A DNA stretch of 62,000 bases from the NCBI GenBank assembly GCA_013265495.1, contig MU057809.1, positions 186,001 through 248,000 on the forward strand. Direction: 5' to 3'. This stretch comes from Vicugna vicugna. Taxonomy: Eukaryota. Below, in pieces: positions 1 to 12,689 of this stretch; the stretch's first letter is position 1; every line of letters begins with the position of its first letter. Below the pieces are notes generated by a model. It saw only the letters and a program-made list of their open reading frames with translations, made no database searches and had not been told where the DNA came from. The translations under genes and the position numbers were made by a program.

Positions 1-354
1 AAAGCTTTTTAAAGAAGATGTTACAGAAGAATAGAACTTCGGGGAAAAACCATGAAAAGAAACAGAAAGAAAGACAGAAAGAAGTCCCTGGTGCCTGGAC
101 CCACAGTCAGGGCTGAGCTGGGGGAGGCGGGCGTGTTTATGCCCCAGGCTTCCCGGCTGACCGGATGCCTGGGCCTCGGGGCGGATTGAGGGCAGCCCGG
201 AGCCCAGGGGCCGTGGCAGACCCCTTCCCCCCGACCCAGCCTCTCCCTTGGGTGGGGATCTTCAGGCCAGGCCCCTCCAGCCCCTGGAGATGGCCCTCTG
301 TGTAGTGACCAGGCGGATGTGCAGAGGACACAAAGGAAATGAAGGGCCCGCCCG

Positions 355-389
355 CCCCGGCCCCGGCCCCGGCCCCGGCCCCAGCCCCG
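355..389 (-). repeat. (GGGGCC)n hexamer repeat, G-quadruplex-prone, in ADAP1 intron 2
   Basis: Plus strand (CCCCGG)4 CCCCAG CCCCG. Confidence 0.9.
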
Positions 390-1605
390 CTGGCACCCTC
401 CCCCCCCGGCCTCTCTGCGGACTTTCTCAGGAGCCTTCGCAGGTGGAAGCCAGAGGTTTCCTGGTCACACCCGTGTCTGGGCCCCCTCCCTCCCTCGACA
501 AAGGGTGTCACACCCAGCACAGCGTTCCTGCCCTGAGCCCCAGAACCTCCGCGGGCGGCACCAAGGGGCCGTCTGACCACGGGTGGAGTGTGTTTCCAGC
601 CGCACGCTGCAAGTGCTCGACGCGGCTAGCTGGCCTGCAGGGCAGAGTCTGGCTCGGCAGCAGGCCCGGGTGGGCCCAAGACCCTGCATTTCTGCTATGC
701 TCCCTGGGGAGGCCGACGCCACCAGGCTACACTGAGAGCAGCAAACTGTCACCTCCCGGCGGTGAGCTTGGGGCCACCAACCTTGGACCCCCAAGCTCCA
801 CAGCAGCCCCCATCCAAGACACTGGGCTGTCCCACTGGGCCGTCCCCACCACCCTGACCCCTGGACCCCGCAGACGAATCCGAGCAGCCAGGGGCCTTGC
901 CCGTCTCCCCACAGCCTCCACTGGGGCTCAGGCCCCACCTGGGTGGTCCCCACAGCCACGTTCCTGTCTGGCGCTCGCTCCTCCAGGCTCTGCCCACTTC
1001 CCTCTCCATGTCAGTCAGGCTGTGTGGCCCTGCCTGCCACCGCTGCCCAGCACCATCCTGCCCGTGTGTCTACAACCTGCGTCCCCGCCCCAAGGCCTTC
1101 CCCAGGGGAGGCAGCTCAGCAGGACTCCCACAACAAGTGTGCGAGAAACGTGGGTCAGGTTTGGATGGGTGAGTGGACAGATGGATGGATGAGGGAAGGG
1201 CCTAATTTTTGTTACCTCCTGTGACTCTCCACACAGTTAGCAATAAAACGCTAAAAACGAGAGGGCAGGCCCCCTTCAGAGCTGCTCCATGTGGGGTCCC
1301 CCGGGCGCCAGAGCGTCCCAGGTGCCGGGATGCGGGCCCGAGCTGCAGGAGCTGCCCGTGGTGAGCTCGGCTCTCACTCATTCCCTCTGCAGCTGCCCCG
1401 AAGGGAGCGGGGAAAGAGGCAGTCTTGGGGCTGGACGCACCGGCTAGGGCTGCACAGCAGGGCTGCGGTCCAGACGCCGGCCCCTGGGCCTCCATCCTGT
1501 CTCAGGTCCCACCAGCCCAGGCCTTCCCAGAGCCCCAGGGATGAAGGGACCTTCTGGCTGCTGTGGCCCAGCCCATCCCCCACCCCACGCCCCCACCCCT
1601 GCTAC

Positions 1606-1736
1606 CTCCACTTGGGCTTCCTCCCAGGCGTCCAGGCGGACCGACTTCACCTTGCTGACCTGGGGGATGTTCCGGTGGATTCCGGAGCAGCTCAGGCAGA
1701 TGAACACCCCCAGGGTGTAGGAGGCCCAGTCTGGAT
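1606..1736 (-). CDS. ADAP1: ADAP1 coding exon 2 (ArfGAP zinc finger, second CxxC); gene continues beyond the left edge
   Basis: Translates (D)PDWASYTLGVFICLSCSGIHRNIPQVSKVKSVRLDAWEEAQVE. Acceptor tttgtcttccAG at 1738-1737, donor GAG|GTAGCA at 1605. 131 nt, phase 1 to 0; 82+131=213 nt keeps frame with exon 1. Confidence 0.96.
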
Positions 1737-4629
1737 CTGGAAGACAAAGGAGGCATCAGGAGGCTGAGCCACGGGTCTCCTGGGCTCGGAAGCCCCGCGC
1801 CTCTCTCTGGCCTCAGTCTCCTCACCTGTGCACAGGAGGCCGGCCAGGAGCCCAAGGGTCACCAGCTCCGTGGACCCTGGGCAGGGGTCCCCCCACCATA
1901 GACGAGCAGCCCCACCCCCTCGTCCTGACGGCCCCAGGGACCAAGGGGGCCCTGAGGGGACAACGCCATCGCTGTGGACGCAGGGCAACCTGCTGACAGG
2001 TGGTGACCAGCACGTGCTCTGCAGGCAAGACCAGGACACGCCGGCACATGCAGGGCGACAGTCCACGGCAAGGGAGTGGGGAAGGCTCCGAGGAACCATG
2101 TGCGCAGATGGACAACCTTGGCAGGGCTGAGCCAGAGCCCAACGGAGTCCATGTTTCCAGAGGTTTGAAATTCCTCCGCTGGACGATGGCAGCGTGGACA
2201 CGGAGGAGTGGACGCTGTCATTTGGGGGGAAGGGCAAGTGGGGTCCCCGGTTCCTCCCTGGCCTGCACGTCCACGTGGTGACCACGGGGGTGAACCTGTG
2301 GTCACTGCAGCCCGAGGGACCTGGGGACCCACACACCCGGGTGACCTCCCGCCCCAGGTCCGGTGGACACTCTAGCCCGTGGTAAGACTCGCAGGCAGGC
2401 CAGTGCAGGCCACCCACGGCACTGCACCCCTTTGGGGCCCTGGAGAATCCGCCCCAGTGCCAGAGGGTTGGAGCTCTCCTCAGAGACCCAACGCCGGGCA
2501 CAGGCCCACGTGTGTGCGTGCAGGGGTGCGTGTGTGGGAGGGCGCACCTGTGAGTGTGCACGTAGGGGTCTGCAGGGGTGGAAGCTCTCCTGGTTCCTGG
2601 GTCAAGGCCCCCTCAGCCCAGGGCCCGCCCTGCATGGGGCTGGCTGACTCCAGTGGACCCGACCAGGGCCAACAAGGGTGCGGGCAGCCCAGAGGCCCTG
2701 GGGCCTTGGGGCCTCGGTTGGGGGCCACACCCCAGCTCAGAAGAGCTGTGAGCAGAACCAGCACCCCGTCCTCCTGACACCCCTATCCATCGCCTCCCAG
2801 CTTCCTGCCCCACTCCCCGTGTCCCCTGGCCACGCCTGTGTGTTGGGCCCCCAGACCCTCGTAACACCAGCCTTCTGGGTGGAGCCTGGGGACTTCTCAC
2901 CTCTTCTCCTCAGCCCAGAGGGCGGCCCCCCACCCAGGGCACTGCCCCGGCCCCCCATGCCTGTCAGCTCCATCCACCTGCACCCCGACTCTGTGACCCC
3001 CGGAGGCCTCCCTGACCCACCGGCTGGGCCTCCGTGCCCCGTGCCCCTCGCTATGCCCCTTCGCTTCCTCGTGGCGTCTGGGCACCCCGGCACTTCAGCG
3101 CACACGCCTGTTCACACAGGCCGTCGTGACGCCCGAACACACAGGGGTGGGGCCGCACGTACACACTGCCCCCGAGAGCTCCCTCCCACTGCCCCGGGGG
3201 GACCTGGGAGGTGCTCTGGAGGCAAGGGCTCCGCAGCGGCTGGAGGCCAGGCCCCCGAAGTACTGACGTCCACGGAGAGGGCTGATGTGCACTCCGGAGG
3301 ATGGGCAAGGGGGGCGCAGGCGGGGAGAAGGCCGCATCCCCCCGTGCTGAGCCACCAGGGAAGGGGCGCAAGGAAACACTGGGTCAGGGCGCCCCAGTCG
3401 ACCTCCCGCCCAAGGGCCCACTGGCGACCCGACTTTCACCAGCTGACGGGGACACAGAAAACGTGCATCTGCAAGAACCGATGTCCCGCGTCAGCCCTTG
3501 ACCCTCAGAATGGGTCACTTTCAAGAACTCACTCAGCTGCTGCACAGAGGCCCCAGGAAAGCACCCGCCGCGGGGCCGCCCCCAGGCCCCTGCCCGCCCC
3601 GCAGACCCCCAGTGCTCGGGCCCCTCTCTGCGGAAGTGCAGCCCCGGCAGGCAGTGGGGAAAGCCAGCAGGTGGGAGAGAACGCGAGTGGGAACGCGCAC
3701 CCGGGACCCAGCGGGGCCGGCTCAGGCCGCACGGTGCGTCCCAGTGCAGGACCCCGCCCGTGACGGGCCGGGCTGGGCGGGGGCAGGGGGCTGCCACCCA
3801 AGTGGCCAGCTTTGGGGCCGGAAAACACACCAGGGCAGGGTAACGGTTTCCTCCAGGGGGATGGGGGCCTCCGGGTGGGGGCGGAGAACCGAGGGGAGGA
3901 GCTGGGCCCCTGAGTCGCTGCCCAGAGGACAGAGGCCCCCAGAGCCGGGACCAGGCAGGGGGCCGTCGTGGCCGTGCGAAGAGTCAGGCCTCTGAGACGC
4001 GAGACTGCGTGTTCAGCAGTCCGTCCAACTCCCGTCACCTGTGGCCCCCTGAGGACCTAAGTCCAGCCCCCGGAGTCCACACAGAACCCCGCAGAGGCCA
4101 GGTGCTCACAAAGTATCTGTGATGAAGGGTCCAAGCAGCTGTTCCCCGCGGAGTCCCCGCTTCCCGAGGGAGACCGCAGGCCATCTCCCCCTCAGCCTCC
4201 TTTCAGTAAGGCTGGCCGGGGGACGCCCTGGGCAGGCTCTGCGGCTTTTGTGGGGAAGAACACAGCTGAGGGAGCGGCAAGGGTTTACAGTTACCTGCTG
4301 TCCTGGAGAATGTGGAGGGCCACGCTGAAGCCACAGAGAGGGGACAGTCCGGACTTCACCCCCTGGGTTCCGTCTTCCCTAGTCACGCTTGTGCACGGGG
4401 GCCCGGCAGGCACAGAGCCAGGGCAGGCGGCACCCCCTTTCCAGGCCGCACCTCCCTCATCTGGTGATGGGACGAGGGGTGATGGTGGAAAGCGCCCGGC
4501 TGGGAGAACCCCGGGGTGCAGGGGAGACCCCAGTGACGCCACCCAGTGATGCTCCGGCTCTGCTCTGAGTGTGGACCACTGCCCCCCGCCCACTGCGTCC
4601 TGGTCTTCCCTTGCGGACATTCTGGGAGT

Positions 4630-4795
4630 GGCTGGACAGAGCCTGGCTCTGTACATAACAGTTTACGTCTCTGCACCTGGTCTGTGGCTGCTCCTGCGGC
4701 CCCGCAGCCGAGTTGAGTGCTCACGACAGGATGCATGGTCCACGAAGCCGAAATTACTATCTAGCCCTTTAAGGAAACGTGTGTCAAGCTCTGCT
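4630..4795 (+). mobile_element. MER58A-like hAT-Charlie DNA transposon remnant
   Basis: gtttacgt..tgtggctgct..gagttgagt..atggtccacgaagccgaaattactatctagccctttaaggaaacg resembles the recalled MER58A 3' half. Confidence 0.6.
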
Positions 4796-5369
4796 TTAGA
4801 GGGGAAACCGGGTTTGACACAGACGTGCGTCCACAGAAGGCGTGTGACCAGGATTGACAGCACAGGGCCCTGCCCACAGCACCCGTCCCGACAGCAGGAC
4901 ACGGCGTTTCGAGAAAACGACAGCCCTGCCCGACGCCCGACGGCTGACCCGAGGGCACGCCGCCCGCGTGTGAGGACGTGCGCGTGTGAGTGTGCCCCAG
5001 ACACACCTCGAGCCGCCTACTTCCACAGACGGCCCGAGGAAGTTCAAAGGGGAGAAGTGGAGATGCTGCCTTTTACACAACAGCAGGAAGACAAAACCGC
5101 CGAGGTCGAGGGTGCTGGGGGCTGGGGCAAAGCTGCCACTTGAGGAGAAGGAAGCTGGTGCCTCTCACAAAAGCTCTGGTGACGACACTGTCACACGCCC
5201 ACAAGAGTGGCCCGACGTACAGGCCGACGCTGCCGGTGCTGCCGGGGTGCGGGAGCGCGAATGGGGCCAGCCCGCGTCAGGGAGCAGTTTGTCGCTTACA
5301 TAACTAACGCACCGTCCTCCAGCCCAGACGGCCTACTCCGAGGCGTGTACCAAGGACAACGAACACGCC

Positions 5370-7100
5370 ACCAAAAAGAACTGCGCGTCCCACAACGTGT
5401 CAAAAGCACAAACCCGCAAGAACCAACGGGCTCCCGCAGGGACGCAAGGCTGGCTTGACGTCTGAAAGGCAATCCGCGTGATTCACCACGTTCACAGATT
5501 AAAAACGAGGAGCTACATGCTGTCTCAGTAAATGCAGAAAGCGCACTGGCAAACTGTAGTGTCCTGACGGACATTCTCAGAAAACTAGTTACAGAGGGGA
5601 ACTCCCCTACCCTTGGGGGCAGGTAATTAGGTTTGTTTATATACGTTTGGAGGAGGTGCCGGGGACTGAACCCGGGACGTCCGGCGTGCTGAGCATGTGC
5701 CCTCCCCGGGAGCCTCCCTGACTGGACGCGGGGCCTCCGTGGAACCCCTGCGGCTGACGGCACACTTGGCGGAGCAGGACCGCCTGCCTCCCCAGGGAGA
5801 TCAGGAACACGGCAGGGATACGCGTTCCCGTCACCGCCACTCAACGCTGCGCTGGAGGTTCTAGCCAGTGCAATGAGGCGGTGGAAAGACAGACAAAGGC
5901 GTTACTGGAAAGGGAGAAACACAACGGCTTTTGTCGCAGACAACACGATTATCCACACAGAAAACCCAGCGGATTCCACAGAAACACTGCTGCAACTGAG
6001 GAGCAAGGCTGCAGGGCGCGGGGGCAGCAGACACCAGCGACAAGCACTGGAAACTGGGCGTCTCGCACGCTTCCGTCCCGGTGGCTGCTGCGCACAACGT
6101 GCGCGCTAACACCACGGAACCACACCCTTGCTAACAGTAAAGTGGCGAATCCTATGTAATACATATTTCACCACATCAAAGGTTTGAGTCCCATTTACAG
6201 TAGAAAACACTGAATACTTCCGGGTAAATATGACCAAAGATACGCAGAACTCTGCACTGAACACAACTAAACGTCACTGAGGGAAACTGAGAGGCCCACA
6301 CGTGGCAAGAAACAGTGTCGCGGGCTGGAGGACGCGGTGTTGTTAACGCAAGCCACGCAATCAGCCTACAGGTTCGCTGCGACGCCAGCCAGAGCTCCAG
6401 CAGGTGTTCACGGAGGGAGTGGCGTGAACACAGAGGACCCAGAGTAGGCAAAACGCCTCTACAAAAACGAGAGACTGACACTGCTCGGTCTCAGCATTTA
6501 CCCTGACAGCCCAGTTACCAAGGAGGTGTGGCGTCGGCATGAAAAACATCGATGGGACAGAACAGAGGGTCAGAAACGGGCCACACACATCTGGACAACC
6601 AATTACTGACAAAGGCAGTTCAGGGGAGAAAGAATTACCTTCCACGAGGGGTGCTGGAGCAGCAGAGACGGTCTGGAACACTGGACGTCGCCCCACCCCA
6701 ACCACATACAAAAATGACTCAACACGCATCACAGCAGAGCGTAAAACCTGAAACCGTAAACTTCCAGAAGAGAACAGGAGAAAAACCTTTGTGACCTGGG
6801 GTTAGGCAAAGGCTTTTTAGCTGTAACACTAAAAGCAGAACTCATTAAAAAAAAAAAAGATAAATTGGCTTTACCTGAATTTTTTAAAAATCTGCTCTTC
6901 GGAAGACAGCAGTCAGGGGACTGAGAAGTCAACGCTGGAAGAAACTGTGCGCGTCACGTATGTGAGAAAGCACCTGTGTGCCAAGTGTACAGGGGACCCT
7001 TCCAGCTCAGTAATAAGAGGGCAGACAACCCAGGGACCAAGGAGACGGCAGGTCTGAACAGACACGTGACCGAAGATGGCCAACAGGCCCGAGGAAGCGG
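5370..7100 (+). mobile_element. Old L1 (L1M-type) ORF2 remnant, heavily diverged and GC-shifted
   Basis: Recognisable L1 ORF2 blocks: gcaaggctggcttgac, tcagtaaatgcagaaagcgca, ctggaggttctagccagtgcaatgagg, gtcgcagacaacacgattatccacacagaaaaccc, gtgacctggggttaggcaaag. No intact ORF. Confidence 0.7.
5613..5720 (-). mobile_element. tRNA-derived SINE, camelid-type, inserted in the L1 remnant
   Basis: Reverse strand shows B-box-like GGGTTCAGTCCCC, GCACCTCC and tail AAACAAACCTAATTACC. Confidence 0.6.
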
Positions 7101-7654
7101 CTCCTCCCTACCCCACGCCCCGCACAGCGGCGGGAAAGCAGAGGCGGACCGCCCACGGCCCGCGGCGCTCAGGGTGACGGCGGGGCCCTGCGTCCCACTG
7201 TGGCCACGGCTACCTGTTCCGCCTGCATGCTTAGAAGGGGTGAGCTCTGCCGTCTGCAGATCACACCTCGATAAAGGTGAAATTTTAAAAGATGCTGGTG
7301 GGTCTACACCCCAGCCCTGTCCCAACAGAGTGGAGAAGCAGGAAGCTCCGGGCCCCCCGCCCCGTGCGTCCTTCCCTGAAGGGTGGGCAGGCACCTGCTT
7401 CCTCTTAGGGGACGCGTCCTCCCAGAGGTGATGTCCAGGGGGTGCCCAGGGCCACAGGGGTCAATCCGGAGGCCCCGCCTCGGAGAGGGAGGGACAGGGG
7501 CTGCCCTGGGCCTCCTCCAGACCCTAACACCTGGTGATGGCGTCCTCGGGAGTCGGTGCCTGGGGTCCCCCCAACCCTGTGCAAGAGCACTGCCACCTCC
7601 TACTCTCCCTGGGGCCCACGACTGACCACGTTGCCTCACTTCTTCGCCACAACC

Positions 7655-7765
7655 CCTTTGAGATCCCCATCACTAGACCAGTTCTACAGAAAAGGGGAAA
7701 CGAAGCCCAGAGAGGATCAGACACTGCCTGAGGTCACACAGCGGCAGAGCTGGGGTCAGACGGCC
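7655..7765 (-). mobile_element. MIR core remnant
   Basis: ttctacagaaaaggggaaacgaagcccagagagg..tgcctgaggtcacacagc resembles the reverse MIR core. Confidence 0.5.
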
Positions 7766-10427
7766 GGCTCGTGTCTCCCAGAGCCCACCCTACACCCCGA
7801 ACCACCTTCCTGGCTCAACGCAGGCAGGTGCTAGAAAGCGTGCAGTTGGCTGGCACTGGCGGGAGCCCCAGCCCAGGACCCAGGCCGATGAGGGTCCGCC
7901 GTGCCTGGAGATGCCCCCCCACCAACCGTGCCAGGGCTGGTGGGGGAAGGGCAGGAAGACAGTCAGAAACAGGAGGCCTCTGCACTGCGCCCTCCCCTCA
8001 TCCAAACCCACGGTGAGCACACGGTCCCTGCCTGGGGGGGCCCCCATCACACACTGCCCCACGGCCACCAGCCACCAGGAGAGGCCTGCCTCTGTGTGAG
8101 GCACCCAGGCTGCTCCCCACCTCCCGCCCAGCGCACAGTGGGCCTGCAGCAGCCCCCATGCACAAATCACCTATTGGTGGGTTGAGGGCTTGCCCCCGTC
8201 TGCCCCCTGCAAACTGCTGCAAAAAGCCTAAAGACGGCAGGAGGGGGGATCAGTACCCTCAGGCCAGCCAGCCGGGCACACAGTCCACCTGCTGCTGTCA
8301 GGACCCGCTGCCCCTGGAGGCCCCGTCCAAGCAGCACACGCCTGGAACGGCACCCCTGGGCCCTGGGCCTTTTGGGCCCCGGGCCTTTCAATCAAGACCC
8401 CAATTTTAAGGACAGATTCAGACCCCAGGAGGGGAGTTCTGGGGGTGACTCTGAGCAACAGTTTAAGGCCTCTGGGGTCAGGAAGAGTAACTGCCCCCAG
8501 GCCCCAAAGCCGCCGAAGCAGAAGGCCTGCCGGCCCCACCAACGCCCACGGCAGCTTGAGGCACTCGTCCTGCACGCATCTGCGCTTCCGCTAACTCACC
8601 TGAAGCCAGCGCCTCCCTCCCCTCAAAACAGCCTCTCATCAGAATCCGGGGCAGGAGGGTGGCCTGGGCCTGTCTGCTGGGAATCCTGGCCACGCGGCCA
8701 AAGGCCTCCGGGTGGGCGTGTGTGAGCATGTGCATGTGCGGTGGGGGATGAGGGCTGGGCGAAGGGCAAAGGCTGGCAGGAGGTGCCCAAGGGAGAGGGA
8801 CGGGCTGCCGCTTCAGCTGTCCCCCCAGGCTGCAGGGCTCAGCCAGGTCTGCCTGATCTGCACAAGCTCCCCTGCTTCAAGGCCAGGAGAGAGCTTTGAG
8901 GGGTGGGGTGTCCATCTGTACTCCTGAGCTCAGAGCCCCTCCAGGATACCCCAGCCCCAAGACCCGCTTGGTCAGGGCAGGAGGGCCCCACCCCCAGTCC
9001 AGGCTCCACTCTGGCCGCAGCCCCTCCCCGCAGGGCGAGAAGCTGCAGGACCAAACAGACGAGCCATCCCGAGCCAGCCCCAATCCTCTCTGGTCCACCT
9101 GTGAGCCCTGGGACCCAGAATTCCCTGCTCAGTGGCCCGGAGTTGGCCTCCAGGGCCTGTGTCTCCCCAGGAGACGTCAGTGTGTGCAGCCCGGGGCCCT
9201 GCAGTAAGGGGGTAGGGAGAGGGGGTCAGGCTGCCTCCACGAGCACTCCTGCCCCGGCCCCACAAATGTCGGGGTGCTCTGCAGGCTCCGGGCCACTGCC
9301 CCGCCCTCTCTGAAGCGGGGTGGCCATGCCTGCCCGAGCAGACTCTGCCCCAGGCCACCAGCTTCCTCCCGCTCCCCCACAGCTGTCTCCTGCCCTCCCT
9401 CTGCCCTGCGCTGCCTTCCCCAGGGCACTCCCAGGTGACTCAGCACCCCCTCTACTTCCGGGGGCTGGACTGAGCCCAGGTGAGACACAGCCTGGGGCTG
9501 CGCCAGGGGAGCAGGCGTGCCCCTCGGCCAAGACCGGGGTGTGAGCAAGGTGCACAGTGGGACCTGCGACGGAGCCGTGGGTGCGTCAGAGCCCTGGGCC
9601 CAGCTCCGGGGACCTCTGCACCACCCAAAGCCCAGCAGTGAGGAGGGTGAGATCCTGGTGGTGACACTGGTCGGCGGGCTCTGGGCAGAGGCAGAATGGC
9701 TGCCAAGGCGGAGGGATGGGCGTCACCTGGGGGTCCCACGGGCGCTGCTGCACACAGCAGCCACTCACCTCCAGGGCCCCCTCCACAGCGCCCGCCCTGC
9801 GCCTCACCCCGGGGCCCACACAGCCTGCCGCACGGTCTCCCGCTTCCAGTGTCGGGAACCCTGAGCCTGACCCTGACCTCCCAGCACAGAGCACAGCCGC
9901 GGCTGTGTCTTCCCTCCTGTCTGGCTGGAATCTAAGCTCCAGGAGGGCAGGCATTTTGCTTTTGTGCCAAGTGGTTCCCATCACTGAAGGGCACACAGCA
10001 GGCGCTCAGGGAGTGTCAGTGGTTCACACCGCCGCCTCTCTCCCCGCCCCCACTCCAACACGAGGCAAGGTGCACAGGACCCCTGGCCTCGCCTGGCCTC
10101 CCCTCCCGCAGGCCCTACTGCCCTCTCCCCTGCACCTCCACCACCAGCTCTCGGGACCACTCCCACCAGCGTCAGAGACCCTCTCTTGACCCCACAGTGA
10201 CTTCCAGCCGCACCCCCCAACCTCCTCAGGCCCCTCTCCACCAGACGCCCTGCTGCAGACACCGCTGGCCTCCACAGAGCTCACCCCATGCTTCCTGGAC
10301 TGGACAGCATCTGGCCGGGCCACCCGCCCTTGGGCTCCTCCTGCCACGGCCCCACTTCCGGCTGCCTGTGCGCCCCCCTCCCGGCCGGGTGCCCTCCCGG
10401 CATCTCATCTGGACTCTTGGCTGTAAA

Positions 10428-10535
10428 CTGTGCTATAGGGCTAGATGGAGGGGGCAGTCACACAGCACAGAGAAGGTTCTAAATGCCACCCAACTGTCAA
10501 CTTCATGTGATGTGAATTTCAGCTCAACTAAGGGA
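10428..10535 (+). mobile_element. L1MB-type 3' end fragment
   Basis: ctagatggagggggc..ctaaatgccacccaactgt..atgtgatgtgaatttcagctcaact. Confidence 0.5.
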
Positions 10536-12689
10536 AGGAAAAAGGAAACATTCAGACATTCAAACACTCGGCTATTTTCTGGCCTGTTTCCTCCAGAACT
10601 GACCTCGGCGCCAGGCCCACGTCTCCAGTCCAGGACTGCAGTGACCTTTCAGACCAGCTCCTGGTCTGCAGTCCACGCCCCCAGGGCTGTGCTCACCTCA
10701 GCCCGTCTCTCCCTCAGCCCCACAGCCCGCCTGCCAGCAAATCCCAATCCTCAAACTCCACGACACTTGCGGGACTCGACTTCTCTCCACACCACCACCG
10801 CCGCCCCGGACCAGGCCACTGCCACCTCTCCTCGCGAGGGTTCCAAAGCATCCTATGGTCTCCCCGCTTCCACTCGTGCTGGCCCGGGACCGCGCCCTGC
10901 TCCCGTCCCTCCCCTCCAAGGCCCTGCGTGCACCCCAGGTCACCTCGAAGCTTGTCCCCCGACTCTGGACACACCAGCCTCCTGGCTTCTCCCGTCAACA
11001 TGCGAGGCTCACAGTGGTCCAGGGCCACTGTGCCTGCAGCACCCTAACCCTAACCCCCCTCTCCCCACACCACGCCCTAGTGACACCCCCATCCCGGTGA
11101 CCCCACCCAGGCCTCAGCCACACCCACAGCCACACCCTGACCCTAGTCGTTGCCAGGAACCTCACACTCCCCTCTCAGTGGTCCTGCTCTGAGCCACCTG
11201 CCTGCCTTGGACCTCAGGACACCAACCCCCCATGTCTTCACTGCCCTCATGTGTCGGACAAGCCAGCCCCCTCCCACCACCAAGGCCTGTGCCGAAGAGC
11301 CCCGTGCCCAGGAAAGTCACAGCCACATGGAGGCGCTCAGTCGGATCAAGGCCCATGAATCTTGGGGTCACTTGACTGCATCCAGCACGTTCCAGCCTTC
11401 AGAGTGGCCCCCTCACGCCTCTCCTTCCCCTCTGCCCGCCCTCCCAGAGCCGGGGGCCGGGGGGCCAGCCTCACTCCTCACGCATTTGGACAGAAGCGCC
11501 TTCTTCACCCCCTTTGTGGCCCTGGTCCCACCCATACCTTTCACAGGATGACTCCAGGCACTGCCACCAGCTCCTGCCACCCCTCCCGGCCCCACCAGTG
11601 ACCTGAGCTGCCCCGTCGGTGGTCAGTTTGCTCTCCTCTGACCGCCTCTGTCTCCACGTGGGTCCCCGCCATCCCCAGCTGTCCCTCCATCTCCTCTGCT
11701 GGCTCCGCTTCTCACTGCAGGAGGCTCAGCGCCCACCCTTCTCCTCCCTCCCCTGGACCCCAGAACATGGATCAGGCCACCCCCGCCAAGCCCACCCAAG
11801 ACCTACCCCTCGCCGAAGTGGCCCTGGCTCCTCCCTGGTGCTCCAGAACCTCCGCTGCTCCCTACAGTGGTCGGGCCTGGCTTGGTTTCCGCAGGCCCAG
11901 CTCCCTTTCATGACTCGGGCCTCTGGCGGCACGCCACCGCCCCTGACCGCTCTCGACGGGGAGGCCCGCAGCGGCCCCCACTGCACTGCCGCCCTCGGCC
12001 TGGCCGTCTCCCCACCAGGATGCAGGCGCACAGCACACACCCTGTCTGCCAGGGTCCCCTGTCTCGGCAACCGCACAGGGCAGCACACCCACATTCACAC
12101 GCAGGATGGAGGAAGGTGGTGCCCGCACTGGAATCCGGGGGGCGGCCGACTGAAGGCCCGGCTCCATGGGGGCAGCAGCACGGCCACAAGCCACCTCTGC
12201 CACGTGGCAGGAGGCCACAGAGCAGGGTGGGGGCCGGGTCTGTCCCCACACACCCTGACTCCAGCTCACTGCTGACCACCTCGGAGCCTGCACCTGTCCC
12301 TGCGGCCTGGACTGGGTGCCCATCCAGAGAGGACCCTGGGGAGACGCTGGAGCCGGAAGCGCTGGGGCTCTGGCCCCACCAGGGCAGCGACAGCAGCGGT
12401 GGGAGCTGTCTGCGGAGTGTTCTGGAACGCTCGAGTCTGCTGGCATCTTACAGCCTCAGGGGGAAGGGCCTGGACGCGAACAGCAGCAGCCCACACCCCC
12501 TCAGCAGGCCACTGGGCAAGTGTTTCTGGTGCAGCTGCCCTCAGCTTGCAGGAGCCAGAGGGGGGAAAGGGCCCTTGTCCCTCAAGTATCAGATCTGTGC
12601 TCTGACTGCGGATGGCTGCTCCTGATCACAGACGTGCAGAGAAAGAGGGGGACAGCCATTGTTGCAGCCCCTCCCCCTCCAGCTCAAGG

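Noticed and set aside
1..1605. ADAP1 exon 3 (FMASHGN..-like)
   Set aside because: Not found on the minus strand; it presumably lies left of the window.
248..3763. 314-aa and 361-aa plus-strand ORFs in ADAP1 introns
   Set aside because: Low-complexity Pro/Gly/Arg-rich products with no ATG/Kozak or splice support; expected at this GC content.
11042..11056. (CCCTAA)2 telomere-like motif
   Set aside because: Only two perfect units in a C-rich stretch; compatible with chance.
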